The notes under the pieces: generated by a model
What the model saw: the letters and a program-made list of their open reading frames with translations, nothing else
Database searches by the model: none
What the model was told of the DNA's origin: nothing
Translations under genes and position numbers: made by a program
Shown here: positions 21,258 to 32,387 of the stretch, piece after piece
Position numbering within the stretch: the first letter of the stretch is position 1
Layout of the letters: every line of letters starts with the position of its first letter
Source of the DNA: an uncultured bacterium
GTDB taxonomy: Bacteria > Verrucomicrobiota > Verrucomicrobiia > Limisphaerales > UBA8199
Assembly (NCBI GenBank): GCA_963749495.1
Contig: CAVVMW010000010.1
Span: forward strand, 480,001 to 544,000
Length of the DNA: 64,000 nt
Direction of reading: 5' to 3'

Positions 21258-23803
21258 TCATCGCTGCCACAGGATTCGTGCGTCTTCCAGTGGGATCGCA
21301 ACGCCGTCGCAGTGCGGTATCACCCGCGCCGTATAGTCCGCTGGCGGGCGGTGCGCGGACACGGCCGCGCTGTAAACGCAGCCGCCCGGCGCGCCGGGTA
21401 GTTGGCGGACGCGCTTCATCTCGTGCCGCACGGGGCTGCCGCCGTCAACTCCATCGGCATAAAGCTCAACGCTGATCGCGTTCGCGTCAAGGTCATGGAG
21501 ATAGACTTGAACCTCAAAGACATGCTGCTCGCCTTGAGTCTCCACCTTGGCTTCACCGAAGCGCAGCGCGGCCCATTTCTGTTCCAGACTATGCCGCCAA
21601 TCAAGCATTTGCCTGCCAATTGCGCCTTTCTTGGCAATGCGCAAACGGTAGGCGGCTGCAGCCGGAAGGTAATGTTGCTCGGTGTATTCGCGCACCGTGC
21701 GGTTGGCGGAGAAGCGCGGGGTCAAGCGCGCCATGCTTTCCCGCATCCGGGCGACCCAGGCCGTGGGAATGCCCTGTTCGTCACGGGCATAAAACTCAGG
21801 GATCACGTCCCGTTCGAGCCGCTCGTAAAGCGCTGCGGCTTCCGCCGCGTCCCAGGCCGGATCATCGCCATGCTCCCGACCATCCCCCAGCGCCCACCCC
21901 ACCTCAGGGCGTACGCCTCGGCCCACCAGCCGTCCAATTCCGAGAGATTGATGCCTCCATTGACGAGCACCTTCATGCCACTGGTTCCACACGCCTCCCA
22001 GGGGCGCCGGGGGGTGTTGATCCGAACGTCCACCCCCTGCGCCAGGTGTTCGGTCAGGAGCATATCGTAATCACTGAGGAAGATCGCATGAGGCCGGACC
22101 TGGGGCTGGCGAATGAACTGTATCCACTTCTGGATCAGGGCCTGTCCCGCCGCGTCGGCGGGATGGGCCTTGCCGGCAAGGATGAGCTGCACAGGTCGCT
22201 GCGGATTGGTTAACAGGCAAAGCAGTCGCTCCGGGTCGTGCAGCAGCAGATTCGGGCGTTTGTAGGTGGCGAAGCGGCGCGCAAAACCCAGGGTCAAAGC
22301 GTTGGGATCGAAGAGATGCCCGGCCTCCTCAACCGCCTGGGGCGACGCGCCAGCGGCGGCGTAGTGCCGGGCCAGCCGCTGGCGAGCGTAGTCAATCAGC
22401 GACTTGCTGGCGGCCGTGCGAAATTGCCAGAGCTTGGCGTCGGAGATGCGGCTAATATCCTTCCCCAGGGTCTCCGTCGTCCCCAGCCAGCGGTCTTTTC
22501 CGCAGGCCTCCGTCCAAAGATCGTCGGCGGCCGCCGAGTCCCAGGTCGGCATGTGAACTCCGTTGGTTACGTATCCGACGGGCACTTCGTCCGCCGGCCA
22601 GTGCGCAAAGAGAGGCCCAAAGAGATGCCGGCTGACTTTCCCGTGCAAGCGACTCACCCCGTTCACTGCCCCGCTCCCCCGGATTGCCAGGTAGGCCATG
22701 TTGAAACTTTCCGTCGAGTCTTTCGGGTTCTGGCGGCCCAGGGCCAGCAAATCGTGGAGCGGCAGGTCGAGTTTCTGCTTGGCATAACCGCCGAGGTATT
22801 GCTCGATGAGGGCCGGAGCGAAACGGTCAAAGCCGGCGGCCACTGCCGTGTGCGTGGTGAAGAGGTTCCCCGCTCGTGTGACGGCCAGCGCGACATCGAA
22901 GGGCTGTGCGTTCTCTTGCATGCAACTGCGGGCGCGCTCCAATACGGCGAAGGCCGCATGCCCTTCGTTGAGGTGACAGACTTCCGGTTTGATGCTGAGT
23001 GCGGCTAGCAGCCGCCAGCCGCCGATCCCGAGGAGTAATTCCTGCTTGAGGCGCAACTCCGGCCCGCCTCCGTACAACTCGCTGGTAATCCCACGATGCG
23101 CAGGAAAGTTGGCCGCGTCATTGCTGTCCAGCAGGTAAAGCTTGACCCGGCCAACTTGGACCTGCCAGGCGCGCAGCCATACAGAGTAACCGGGCAGGGC
23201 GATCTCCAACCGCAACCACTCGCCGTTGGCTTGGCGCACCGGCGTGATCGGCAACTGTCCAGGGTCGTTGTAGGGGTAGAGCGCCTGTTGCGCTCCGTCC
23301 TTGTCAATCACCTGGCGAAAATAGCCTTGCTGGTAGAGCAACCCCACTCCCACCACCGGCACGCCCAGATCGCTGGCGGCTTTGAGTTGATCGCCGGCCA
23401 CATTGCCAAGCCCGCCTGAGTAGATGGGCAGCGCTTCGCTCAACATGAATTCCATGCTGAAATACGCGACGCAGGTTAGGAGAGCCTCTGGATGATGTTG
23501 CTGGAACCACGCGGGCGTCTGCGCCGCGTGATGCTTGGCTCGCAGCAGGTCATCCACGTTCTTACGGTAGGCAGGATCGGCCAGCACGCGCTCGAGTTGG
23601 TCCCGCGAGACGGTCTGCAGGACAACCCAGGGGTTCTGCGTGAGTTCCCACAGCCCAGGATCAAGCTGCCGCCAGACTCTGTCGGCAGCGTGATTCCAGG
23701 ACCAGCGCATATCCAGGGCCAGCTCCGCCAGGGAATCGAATCCCTCGACTTCCGTGGGCAGGAGGCTGTAAATCGGGTGGCTGACACGGGTTTGTTTGCT
23801 CAT
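21258..23803 (-). CDS. glgP: Alpha-glucan (glycogen) phosphorylase, frameshift near 21907
   Basis: AYFSMEF, YSGGLG, HLNEGH, FARRFATYKR, EACGTSGMK, LDGWW. Confidence 0.92.
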
Positions 23804-23957
23804 AAGTCATTTCAACGTCTCCTGCGCCGAACGGCCGTCGATGCCGGCCAGTTCAGCAGCCCGTGCCTGCACCATTGCGCGTGTCACGGTGCCGAGGCCG
23901 GCGGAGTTCTCGGATATATTGCCGTCCTTAAGTGGATTTCTTGTCATGCTTTTCACC

Positions 23958-24091
23958 AGCTAGAGACGTGCCGTTCGCTTCCCGCAGGCCGGCATCTTGC
24001 TATCCAATGGATTGTGTGCTCCCAGGGTTCGAGCGCGCTTCCTCCTCGTGCAGTTTGCATCGTGCCGGCTCGCGAGACATTGCAATTTGCA
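23958..24091 (-). promoter_or_regulatory. Sigma54 promoter with paired enhancer sites upstream of glgP
   Basis: CGGCACGTCTCTAGCT 23958-23973; TGCAGTTTGCA 24049 and TGCAATTTGCA 24081. Confidence 0.8.
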
Positions 24092-24125
24092 CGAGCTATG
24101 GTTAACCTGGGTGCATAATCTTTTC

Positions 24126-25577
24126 ATGTTGAACCTGGCCCACCATGGCTGGCACATCGGTTTTGCGGCGCTCGCGTTGCTGCTCGACGTGCTGGCGTCA
24201 GGACACGCAGTGCTTCACAAGCGGGATTCCCGGGCGGCCATCGCGTGGGTCGGCTTTGTTTGGCTGGTTCCCCTGCTGGGAGCGGTGCTGTATTTCATTT
24301 TTGGGGTGAACCGCATCCGCCATCAGGCCGCGTTGCTGCGGAGCAACCTCGAGCGCTACCGCGCCCAGGCTGCGGCGCCAGAGTGTCCACCTGAGGAACT
24401 GGCTCGCCATCTGCCGGGCCACGCCGGGCACCTCACCCGGTTGGCTCGGGTGGTGGCCGGCGTGGTGGACCGGCCACTCTTGCCGGGGAATCGAATTGAG
24501 CCGTTGCTCAACGGAGACGAGGCCTATCCGGCCATGCTGGAGGCGATCGGCCAGGCGCGCCAGACGGTCTCTTTCGTCACCTATATCTTCGATCGGGATG
24601 AAACCGGTCTGGCCTTCGCCCGGGCATTGGGCGCGGCGGCCCGCCGGGGTGTGGAAGTGCGGGTGCTCATTGACGGGATGGGGATCCGCTATTCGTGGCC
24701 CACCATTCGCCACACACTGCGCCGGGAGGGGGTGACCTGCGCCCTGTTCCTGCCGTCTCTTGCCTTATGGCACCTGATGTCGCTGAACATGCGCACTCAC
24801 CGGAAGATTTTGGTGGCGGACGGCCGCTTGGGATTCACCGGCGGCATGAATATCCGGTCGGCACACTGCCTCCAGCGCCGAGCACGGAAACCAGTGCAGG
24901 ACATTCACTTCCGGGTGAATGGTCCGGTGGTGACTCAGTTGCAGGAAGTCTTCGCGGATGACTGGCTCTTCACGACCGGCGAGTCGTTGCGCGGTGATTC
25001 GTGGTTTCCCAAGCTCGACCCGGCCGGGCAGGTGCTGGCGCGAGGGGTCACCGATGGCCCGGATGAGAACTTCGAAAAACTGCGCTGGACGTTGTTGGGG
25101 GCACTGTCCATTGCCAGGCATTCAGTGCGGATCGTGACCCCCTATTTTCTGCCGGACCCCGCCGTCGTCTCGGCCTTGAACCTCGCCGCAATGCGAGGGG
25201 TGCAGGTTGACATTATTTTGCCCTCACGGGGCAACCTGCCGTTCGTCCAGTGGGCTTCCCGGGCGATGTGGTGGCAGGTGCTGGAGCATGGCTGTCGCAT
25301 CTGGCTCACCCCGCCGCCGTTCGATCACTCGAAACTGATGCTCGTCGATGGCGGCTGGGTGTTGCTTGGCTCGGCCAACTGGGATGCGCGGAGCCTGCGC
25401 CTCAACTTCGAGTACAATGTGGAATGTTACGACGTGGAACTCGCCCGCCGCCTCGAGGAGTTGGTGGAAACCAAGCGGAAGACCGCCCATCTGGTGAGTC
25501 TCCAGGAGGTGGACGATCGCTCGCTGCCGGTCCGCCTGCGCGACGGCATCGCGCGGTTGCTGACCCCATATCTGTAG
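24126..25577 (+). CDS. cls: Cardiolipin synthase
   Basis: Two N-terminal TMs; two HKD motifs (HRKILVAD, HSKLMLVD); GSANWD. Confidence 0.92.
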   Translation: MLNLAHHGWHIGFAALALLLDVLASGHAVLHKRDSRAAIAWVGFVWLVPLLGAVLYFIFGVNRIRHQAALLRSNLERYRAQAAAPECPPEELARHLPGHAGHLTRLARVVAGVVDRPLLPGNRIEPLLNGDEAYPAMLEAIGQARQTVSFVTYIFDRDETGLAFARALGAAARRGVEVRVLIDGMGIRYSWPTIRHTLRREGVTCALFLPSLALWHLMSLNMRTHRKILVADGRLGFTGGMNIRSAHCLQRRARKPVQDIHFRVNGPVVTQLQEVFADDWLFTTGESLRGDSWFPKLDPAGQVLARGVTDGPDENFEKLRWTLLGALSIARHSVRIVTPYFLPDPAVVSALNLAAMRGVQVDIILPSRGNLPFVQWASRAMWWQVLEHGCRIWLTPPPFDHSKLMLVDGGWVLLGSANWDARSLRLNFEYNVECYDVELARRLEELVETKRKTAHLVSLQEVDDRSLPVRLRDGIARLLTPYL

Positions 25578-25689
25578 GACACTGCGACTCGCCCATCGAT
25601 CTCCGCCGTCTCAAGCTATCGAGAATTCACCTGCGGCAGCCGGGACCAACGCTCAGGGCTTGGGTCGGGCGCCAGCGGAGTGGCCCGAC

Positions 25690-27189
25690 TCAGTGCCTGC
25701 ACGCCCGGCTGACCTTGCGGAAGTGGTGGCCGTAAATCGAGAGAGTCACGGCGAGGGACAATTGTGAGGGGCGGCGGACGAACGTCCAGAGCAGCAAGCC
25801 CCAGTAATGGAAACGTTCGCGGCCCAGGACGCCGAGGCGGAGGTTGGCATGGACAAACGCCATGAGAGACCGCCAGTCCAACGAACTGGCGACCCAAGAC
25901 GGCCGGTATTCGCGCAGGAACGTCCGGATCCGTTGGTAATATGGCCCGGGTGAATAGATGTATTCCAGGAGGCTCTTGTAGCCCTGGCGCAGCGTCTCAG
26001 GGTTCATGTGAGGAATGAAGTTGGTGGTCCCATCAACGTTGTCTCCAGTCGTGTGGCCGAGCAGCCGACCCTGCCGATTGAGCCGTTGGTAAAGCTTGGT
26101 GCCGGGCATGGCTTGCAGCAGGCCGACCATCGCCGTAACGATCCCGCTTTTCTGGATAAACTCGATCTGCCGTTCGAAAACCCTGGGCGTGTCATGGTCG
26201 AATCCGAGGATGAATCCGCCCTGAACCTCCAACCCCGCGCGCTGAATGCGTTTCACGTCGGCGACCAGATCGCGGCCCCGGTTCTGGCGCTTGTTGCACT
26301 CGGTCAGGCTCGCCTCCTCGGGCGTCTCGATGCCGATGAACACCTGGTTGAATCCCGCCGCGACCATCAACTGCAGCAGCTCTTCATCGTCGGCGAGATT
26401 GATCGATGCCTCGGTGAAGAACGGGATGCCGCGCTTGCCTTTCTGCCACTGCGCCAGCGCCGGCAGCAGGTCCTCCTTCAGCGCCCGTTTGTTTCCAATG
26501 AAATTGTCGTCCACGAAGAAGACCGCCCCGCGCCAGCCCAGCCGGACCAAGCCCTCCAACTCGGCGATCACCTGCGCGGTGGTCTTGGTCCTGGGCCGAT
26601 GTCCGAACATGGAGGTGATGTTGCAGAATTCGCAGTCGAACGGGCAGCCGCGCGAAAACTGAAGGCTCAGGGTCGCGTAGCGCTGCAGGTCGGCCAATTC
26701 CCACAGTGGGGCCGGCGTCTGGCGCAGGTCGGGGAAGTTCGCCGACGCATACACGTGCCGCGCGCCGCCGTGCTCGAGGTCGTCCAGGAACCCCGGCAGC
26801 GTCTCCTCCGCCTCGTTCAACACGAAATGGTCCACTCCCGAAAACTGCTCGTGCTCGAGCGTGAAGAGCGGCCCGCCCGCCACGATCGTCTTGCCCGCCG
26901 CCCGGCAACGCGCGATCAACTCGCGCGCCGATTCCCGCTGAGCGATCATCCCGCTGACGAACACCAGGTCGGCCCAGGCCAGGTCTTTCTCGCGCAACTT
27001 GCGCACGTTCACATCCACCAGGCGCTTGGCCCAACGCTTTGGCAACATCGCGGCCACGGTCAGCAGCCCCAGCGGCGGCAAAGAGGCCCGCTTGTGGATG
27101 AACTTCAACGCGTGCTTAAAGCTCCAGAACGTGTCCGGGAACTTCGGGTATAGCAGCAAGACGTTCACCTGGCTTCGTTTCAGCGGCAT
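25690..27189 (-). CDS. B12-binding radical SAM protein (DUF4070-type)
   Basis: YPKFPDTFWSF, PPLGLLTVAA, CPFDCEFC, FVDDNFIG. Confidence 0.88.
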   Translation of the reverse strand: MPLKRSQVNVLLLYPKFPDTFWSFKHALKFIHKRASLPPLGLLTVAAMLPKRWAKRLVDVNVRKLREKDLAWADLVFVSGMIAQRESARELIARCRAAGKTIVAGGPLFTLEHEQFSGVDHFVLNEAEETLPGFLDDLEHGGARHVYASANFPDLRQTPAPLWELADLQRYATLSLQFSRGCPFDCEFCNITSMFGHRPRTKTTAQVIAELEGLVRLGWRGAVFFVDDNFIGNKRALKEDLLPALAQWQKGKRGIPFFTEASINLADDEELLQLMVAAGFNQVFIGIETPEEASLTECNKRQNRGRDLVADVKRIQRAGLEVQGGFILGFDHDTPRVFERQIEFIQKSGIVTAMVGLLQAMPGTKLYQRLNRQGRLLGHTTGDNVDGTTNFIPHMNPETLRQGYKSLLEYIYSPGPYYQRIRTFLREYRPSWVASSLDWRSLMAFVHANLRLGVLGRERFHYWGLLLWTFVRRPSQLSLAVTLSIYGHHFRKVSRACRH

Positions 27190-27476
27190 TTGAGGGATGC
27201 TACATGACAAACCTGCCCGGGGGCTATCGGGGATTTACCCCATGTCCGATCTGAAAGGCAATCGTTCCCAGCGCAATCAAGACGATCTGGACGGGTGTCG
27301 TTCTTGCCGCGGTGGCGGCGCTCGATGGAGCGGGCGCCGGTTCGCTGCCGGGCGCAGCTTTAACCGGCACAGCGAGCGTCTGGGCTGAGAAGTCGGGCGG
27401 TTCAGGCCCCGTTGAAAGTTCAGCGAACCGTTTCATTCCGATCGGCATCGTCGCCGGCGGTGAACAGGCAGCGCGG

Positions 27477-27806
27477 CTACTTTTGTGCTTGTTTTTCACG
27501 GCGGGAGCGAAACGCGGACCAGATCGTCGAGGCCAGGCGCGCGCCCTCCAGGATCTTCGGGAACCAGGAGGACTTCGCAGGGCCGGGCGCGGGCGGACCG
27601 CGCCGCAAAGCCGTGACCCCGGCCACCAGGAAGGCAGCGGCCGAGGCCCACGCGGCGATGGTTTTAGCCCGGTGGGCAAGGTCGTGAACTCCGTGCGCCA
27701 TCGTCTGCCATTCCTCGGCCAACTGGGCGCGGTTGAGTTCACTCTCCGCGATCAACAGTCGCTTCCGCAATTCGAGCGGGCTTACGTGAGGTTCTTTTCC
27801 AAACAT
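27477..27806 (-). CDS. YqjK-like small protein
   Basis: LELRKRLLIAESELNRAQL; follows elaB/yqjE-like genes. Confidence 0.65.
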   Translation of the reverse strand: MFGKEPHVSPLELRKRLLIAESELNRAQLAEEWQTMAHGVHDLAHRAKTIAAWASAAAFLVAGVTALRRGPPAPGPAKSSWFPKILEGARLASTIWSAFRSRREKQAQK

Positions 27807-28171
27807 GCGCGGTCCTTTCGGAGTTGATCGAGGGTGGCCGGAAGATTCTGCCAGTCGCGCAGCAACAGCGTGAGTCGCCGGTAAAGACAAACCGCCGCCG
27901 CCCCGTAGAGGCCGGTCAGCGCCAGCAGCGCCGCCACCGGCGAGAGTTCCCAGAACAAAACCACGATGGCGCCGGTAAGGGCTGCGCCGGCGAGCAGACC
28001 AAAGGTCGCTACGCCCAGGGCCAGCAGGATGGCGTGCAGGAGGCGCTCGCGCTCCTCCTGCACTTCCACCATCAACAATTCGAAGCGGTTTTCTCCGATG
28101 GTCAACAGCCGTCGTGCGAAACGCTTCGACGTCTCGGCGAGTTGCCCGGTATTGGCAGGGGGCGGTTCCAT
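27782..28171 (-). CDS. YqjE/phage-holin-like membrane protein
   Basis: ENRFELLMVEVQEERERL + 2 TMs + TLDQLRKDR. Confidence 0.8.
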   Translation of the reverse strand: MEPPPANTGQLAETSKRFARRLLTIGENRFELLMVEVQEERERLLHAILLALGVATFGLLAGAALTGAIVVLFWELSPVAALLALTGLYGAAAVCLYRRLTLLLRDWQNLPATLDQLRKDRACLEKNLT

Positions 28172-28178
28172 GGCGTGA

Positions 28179-28484
28179 TCAGTCGCCCCTGCAAGAGCAC
28201 CGGCGCGCGACCAAATAGCCGATGAGCGCCCCCACACCGAAGGCGATGCCGATGGCTTGATAAGGATGCTCGCGCACGGCCTCGTCCGCGGCTTTGGCGC
28301 CCTCGACCGCCTTCTCCTTGGCGCGGCCGCAGATTTCCTTGCCGCGTTCCAGTGCGGCAGCGAGACGCCTGCGGGCTTCCGCGACTTTTTCTCCGGCCAC
28401 ATCGGCGGTGGCCGCCATCAAGGCGCGCGCGTCTTCGGCGAGCGTGCCCATGTCACTGCTGGTTGGTTGTGTTTGTTTGTCCAT
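28179..28484 (-). CDS. ElaB/YqjD/DUF883 membrane-anchored ribosome-binding protein
   Basis: AVREHPYQAIGIAFGVGALIGYLV C-terminus. Confidence 0.88.
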   Translation of the reverse strand: MDKQTQPTSSDMGTLAEDARALMAATADVAGEKVAEARRRLAAALERGKEICGRAKEKAVEGAKAADEAVREHPYQAIGIAFGVGALIGYLVARRCSCRGD

Positions 28485-28577
28485 AGTGTTTGGTTCCTTC
28501 CACTGTCATCGTGTTTGCTGTGTTTCTTATGTGTTTGTCAGGGAGGGGCGGCTTCACCCGCCCCCCGCCACGTCCTC

Positions 28578-29033
28578 TCAGGCAACCTTGACCTCGATTT
28601 GCTGCGGTTTGGTCTTCGCGGTCTTGGCCAGGTGCACGCTGAGCACGCCGTCTTTGAACTCGGCAGTGACCTTCGCAGGGCTGGCATCATCCGGGAACGA
28701 GAAGTTGCGCACAAAACTGCCGTAGGCCCGTTCCACGCGGTGATACTTCTTGCCCTTCTCCTCCTTCTCGAACTTGCGTTCGCCCATGATGGTCAGCGTG
28801 CCCTCCTCTGCCGTCACCTTCACATCTTCCTTCTTCACTTCAGGCAGCTCGGCCTTGATCAGGTATTCCTTGTCGTCTTCGCTGATGTCCACCAACGGGG
28901 CCCATTCGGCCACCGTCAGCGGTTCCTCCTGGCCCTCGGGCCAGTGAGCCGCGGGGCGGTTGACGAGGCTGCCCAGCGCATGTTGCCAGGCTTCCAATGC
29001 TCTTTGCTGATTCCAATGTCCCAATGCGTTCAT
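28578..29033 (-). CDS. Hsp20 small heat shock protein
   Basis: WAPLVDISE...AELPEVKKEDVKV...ERAYGSFVRNF...DGVL. Confidence 0.93.
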   Translation of the reverse strand: MNALGHWNQQRALEAWQHALGSLVNRPAAHWPEGQEEPLTVAEWAPLVDISEDDKEYLIKAELPEVKKEDVKVTAEEGTLTIMGERKFEKEEKGKKYHRVERAYGSFVRNFSFPDDASPAKVTAEFKDGVLSVHLAKTAKTKPQQIEVKVA

Positions 29034-29111
29034 GATTGTATTTCTTGTTGGCAGGTAGGTTTTCGGGCCGTCGCGCCTGCCCGCCAACGGTTCGGGCAGC
29101 GACGGTAATCT

Positions 29112-29390
29112 TCAGTTGTGCCCGGCAGCAGGGGGCGCCTGCTGCGCGGGGACGTGCTCGGTTGCCGTCAGCACGCGCGCTGCCACCGCTTTGCCATGGA
29201 GCGCCAGAATCGCGGCTCGGGCGCCCTGCGGCGTAGCCATGGTGACGATGGCGAAATCGCGCGGCCGGCCGCTTTCGCGTCCAGCCGGGAGATTGACCTC
29301 GGCGACATTGCCGTAAGGGGAACACAAGGCCCGCAGGTCCTTTTCGGTGGCAGTTGGGGCGAGGTTGCCCACGTATAGTTTGGTATTCAT
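29112..29390 (-). CDS. RRM RNA-binding protein (degenerate RNP1)
   Basis: KLYVGNL...GRPRDFAIVTM. Confidence 0.8.
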   Translation of the reverse strand: MNTKLYVGNLAPTATEKDLRALCSPYGNVAEVNLPAGRESGRPRDFAIVTMATPQGARAAILALHGKAVAARVLTATEHVPAQQAPPAAGHN

Positions 29391-29412
29391 GACGTTACGC
29401 GCGACGGGCCGG

Positions 29413-30552
29413 CTATCCCGGTTTGGTGTCCGCCGAGAATTGTCTGGCGAAGGCCAGGAGGTGGTCGGAGATTTCCTGGTTGGCTCGGTCTTTGGTTATT
29501 TCGCCGCGGCCAAATCGCTCGAAATGCCTGGCGATGATGGACGCGGAGCGAATGGAATTCGACGAGGCGACGGATACCGCGTTGTTCAGGCTCAAGCACC
29601 AGGGCGTGAGGGCCATAGCCTCCAGCAGATCGGCTGCCGCCAGGTGCGCATCAACCTTTGCCTTGTCTTGCTCAGCCGCTTCGAAGATCTTCGCCCCGTA
29701 GGGCTTCCCCCCGAATTGGGCGTTGAACTTGTCGAGCCGATTCCTGAGTTGCGCCTCCTCCGCCGCCGGCGATCCCATGAAGGCCCGTTCCAGACGCCTG
29801 AACGAGTGAAAGGCCTCGCAGTAATCCCGGTTTTGCAGCAGGTGCTCGAAAATCGGCATGCCGAAGAGGCCCTGCTGCATCATGAAGGACATGAGGCTAT
29901 CGCGGTCGATCTCCGCACCCAGAATAAACAGGGCCGTGGAGAGGAACGATCGTCCGTGTTCCTTGCTCCCGATCAGCTCGTTTACCAGCGACCCATTTCC
30001 CTGCCGGACGGTGGATGGAAGCGCGAAACCCAGCATGTGCTCGAAGAGCGCCCGGAAAAGCCGGCAGGTCAAGGGCGTGTTGCCCGAGAGCAGGGTTTTT
30101 AGATCGTCGAGTGGGGCTTCAGCCTCGGCCTTGGGCTCTGCCACAGCAGCAGCGGTGTCGCTTCTCGGCTGAGCAAAGCCAGGTGAAAGAGCGGCCATGG
30201 CGCCACCCTGCTGATGACCGGCGCTTACGCGTCCGGCAATCGCACTCTCGAAGTTCCCGCTAGAGACCAATCCGTTCAGAAGCCCCCGTGAGTTCTCGAA
30301 GACACGAGCGACATGATCGGTCACCGAAGGCTCTCCCCAAATCATGACGAACCTCTGGGCGCCGATCATGGCGGCAATGGTCTGAGGGTCCTTGAACACG
30401 GCCTCGTCCACGCCGACGAGTTTGCTTGTTTCGCACAGTCCTTCCCTCAGCGTCCTCAGGTTGAGAGAAGCCGGCAGCCTCCTTTTCAGTTCCGACGCGT
30501 TTTCGAGCAGCCTCAGGCAGTTGTGCAGGGATTTGAGCGTGATTGCGGACAT
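29413..30552 (-). CDS. Hypothetical protein
   Basis: 379-aa ORF directly downstream of a sigma54 promoter; no recognised family. Confidence 0.6.
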   Translation of the reverse strand: MSAITLKSLHNCLRLLENASELKRRLPASLNLRTLREGLCETSKLVGVDEAVFKDPQTIAAMIGAQRFVMIWGEPSVTDHVARVFENSRGLLNGLVSSGNFESAIAGRVSAGHQQGGAMAALSPGFAQPRSDTAAAVAEPKAEAEAPLDDLKTLLSGNTPLTCRLFRALFEHMLGFALPSTVRQGNGSLVNELIGSKEHGRSFLSTALFILGAEIDRDSLMSFMMQQGLFGMPIFEHLLQNRDYCEAFHSFRRLERAFMGSPAAEEAQLRNRLDKFNAQFGGKPYGAKIFEAAEQDKAKVDAHLAAADLLEAMALTPWCLSLNNAVSVASSNSIRSASIIARHFERFGRGEITKDRANQEISDHLLAFARQFSADTKPG

Positions 30553-30570
30553 AAAATCTCTTCTGTCTAT

Positions 30571-30718
30571 AGCTAACGGCGGGCCAACCTGACGCCCGGA
30601 ACGCGAAGCTCTTGAATTTAACCGAATTAAGGTGTTTTCAGGCCGCCTCTGGCGAACGGCGGGAGCGCAGCGGCGTTGCAATTTGCACGGCCGGCGTTGC
30701 TGCATCATGCACTTTGCA
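30571..30718 (-). promoter_or_regulatory. Sigma54 promoter with paired enhancer sites
   Basis: TGGCCCGCCGTTAGCT 30571-30586; TGCAATTTGCA 30677 and TGCACTTTGCA 30708. Confidence 0.8.
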
Positions 30719-30887
30719 AACCAGCCGGGCAAACGGATTCGGGAACCACCCCCGCCGGGGGGAAACACCCTACGGTTATCCCCCCGCTAGCCACCGCACG
30801 TCTTCCCGATCATCCTGATGGGGTGAAAAAGAAACCGGAGAAAACGGCAAAGCCCGCCACCCGGACTTCCAAGGTTCGTTAACCATT

Positions 30888-31400
30888 ATGAACGCGCACC
30901 CAGGAGAACCGTCGTTTTTGACGCACATCATTGGTTATGACGACAGTGATGAACGCCTCAAACTGGAGAAAAGCATTGCGCAGGCTCAGCGTGACGGGCG
31001 CTGTGTTCAACGCTTCGCATCGGTGATGGCCCTGTTCCCCTTGGTGGCGATAGCTGGCGTTGGATATGAAACGATGTTGCAGAAGAATTTTCCTTACGAC
31101 GGGTCTCACCCTGGGATTAGGGTTCTTTGCGAGATTGGCCTGGCATCGCTGATTTGCCTGGCGGCCTTCGCGGGTCTCTTGACGGGCTATCGCAAGAAGT
31201 TGAACCGCTTGCGGGGGGAATGCCGCCAGTTGGTCGCAAGACTCCAGGATCCGGACTTGGTCGAGCCCGACACCGGAACGTTGCCAGGCAGCGATCCAGG
31301 ATCCGACGCCCCTGGAGCTTTCGAAGGCGCAGCGGAAGTCATTGGTTGTGATGGCAGTCTCGACTCACCCTCCTGGCGCTCCAACAGACTTTGTGGGTAA
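30888..31400 (+). CDS. Hypothetical 2-TM membrane protein
   Basis: 170-aa ORF with two hydrophobic segments. Confidence 0.55.
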   Translation: MNAHPGEPSFLTHIIGYDDSDERLKLEKSIAQAQRDGRCVQRFASVMALFPLVAIAGVGYETMLQKNFPYDGSHPGIRVLCEIGLASLICLAAFAGLLTGYRKKLNRLRGECRQLVARLQDPDLVEPDTGTLPGSDPGSDAPGAFEGAAEVIGCDGSLDSPSWRSNRLCG

Positions 31401-31628
31401 TTGGGGGGATTTGGCCAGTGTTACCTCTGGATTGATGAGGTGGAGACCTCGGCGGCTCCGTTTTTCGGCTTCGTCCCGGGCGTATCGGGGACTTCCCCGA
31501 TAGACAGCTTGGATCAAACGCCCGATACTAGCCGTGGGTTGTGGGGCCGCCGACGAACGACCAAAAGCGCGGTTGGCCCGTCGCAACCGCAGGCCGCCTT
31601 GATGCCGGCGGATGAATTCGGACAGACT

Positions 31629-32387
31629 ATGAAACGCAAAGTGAACGCATTGTCAGGACGATACCTGGCCGCGTTGCGAAAGCACCTGGAGCAAACCCCG
31701 CGGGCCAGCCTGGAACCGGCGCGGGAGCTGGGACGCCAGGCCGTGGCCATCGGGCTGAAGACGCTGGACATGGCCAGGATTCACGAGCGAGCACTCGACG
31801 CGCTGCGAGCATCCGCCAGCAAAGATGGGCTCATGGAGCGGGCGGACATTTTCTTTATGGAGACCACCACGCCGATCGAGGACACGCATCGCGCCGCGCT
31901 CAAGGCCAGCGCCTGCTTGAACCGGCTGAACAAGATGCTCGGCCAGCGCACCACGGACCTGGCTGCCTCCAACCGGTCCTTGAAACAGGGAATCGCCCAG
32001 CGCAAGACCGCGGAGGCAGCCTTCAAGAAAAGCGGAGAACACTACAAAACGCTCTTGAGGGAATCACTTGCCCTGCAACAACATTTGCGGCATCTGACCC
32101 ACCGCATTCTGTCGGCGCAGGAGGAGAAGCGAAAGGAGATCGGCCAAGATCTGCAAAATGAAATCGCCCAGGCTCTGTTGGGAATCAATGTCCGATTGTT
32201 GACGTTGAAAAAGGAGGCCGCAGTCAACGCCAAGGGCTTCAAAAAAGAGATTGCCAGCACGGAACGGATGGTGCATAAGTCGGTGAAGACGATAGAACAA
32301 TTCGCCCGTGAATACGGCAAACACCATGGACCACAGGTTGACCGGGCTATCGCGAGCCTATCAGGCGGCGCTGGGAAATTGCCTTGA
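31629..32387 (+). CDS. Truncated histidine-kinase paralog lacking phospho-His and ATPase domain
   Basis: Colinear with next gene; ILSAQEEKRKEIGQDLQNEIAQ where paralog has RELHDVIAQ. Confidence 0.7.
   Translation: MKRKVNALSGRYLAALRKHLEQTPRASLEPARELGRQAVAIGLKTLDMARIHERALDALRASASKDGLMERADIFFMETTTPIEDTHRAALKASACLNRLNKMLGQRTTDLAASNRSLKQGIAQRKTAEAAFKKSGEHYKTLLRESLALQQHLRHLTHRILSAQEEKRKEIGQDLQNEIAQALLGINVRLLTLKKEAAVNAKGFKKEIASTERMVHKSVKTIEQFAREYGKHHGPQVDRAIASLSGGAGKLP

Noticed and set aside
27782..28171. Prophage holin
   Set aside because: The context is elaB-yqjE-yqjK-like; no phage genes are nearby.
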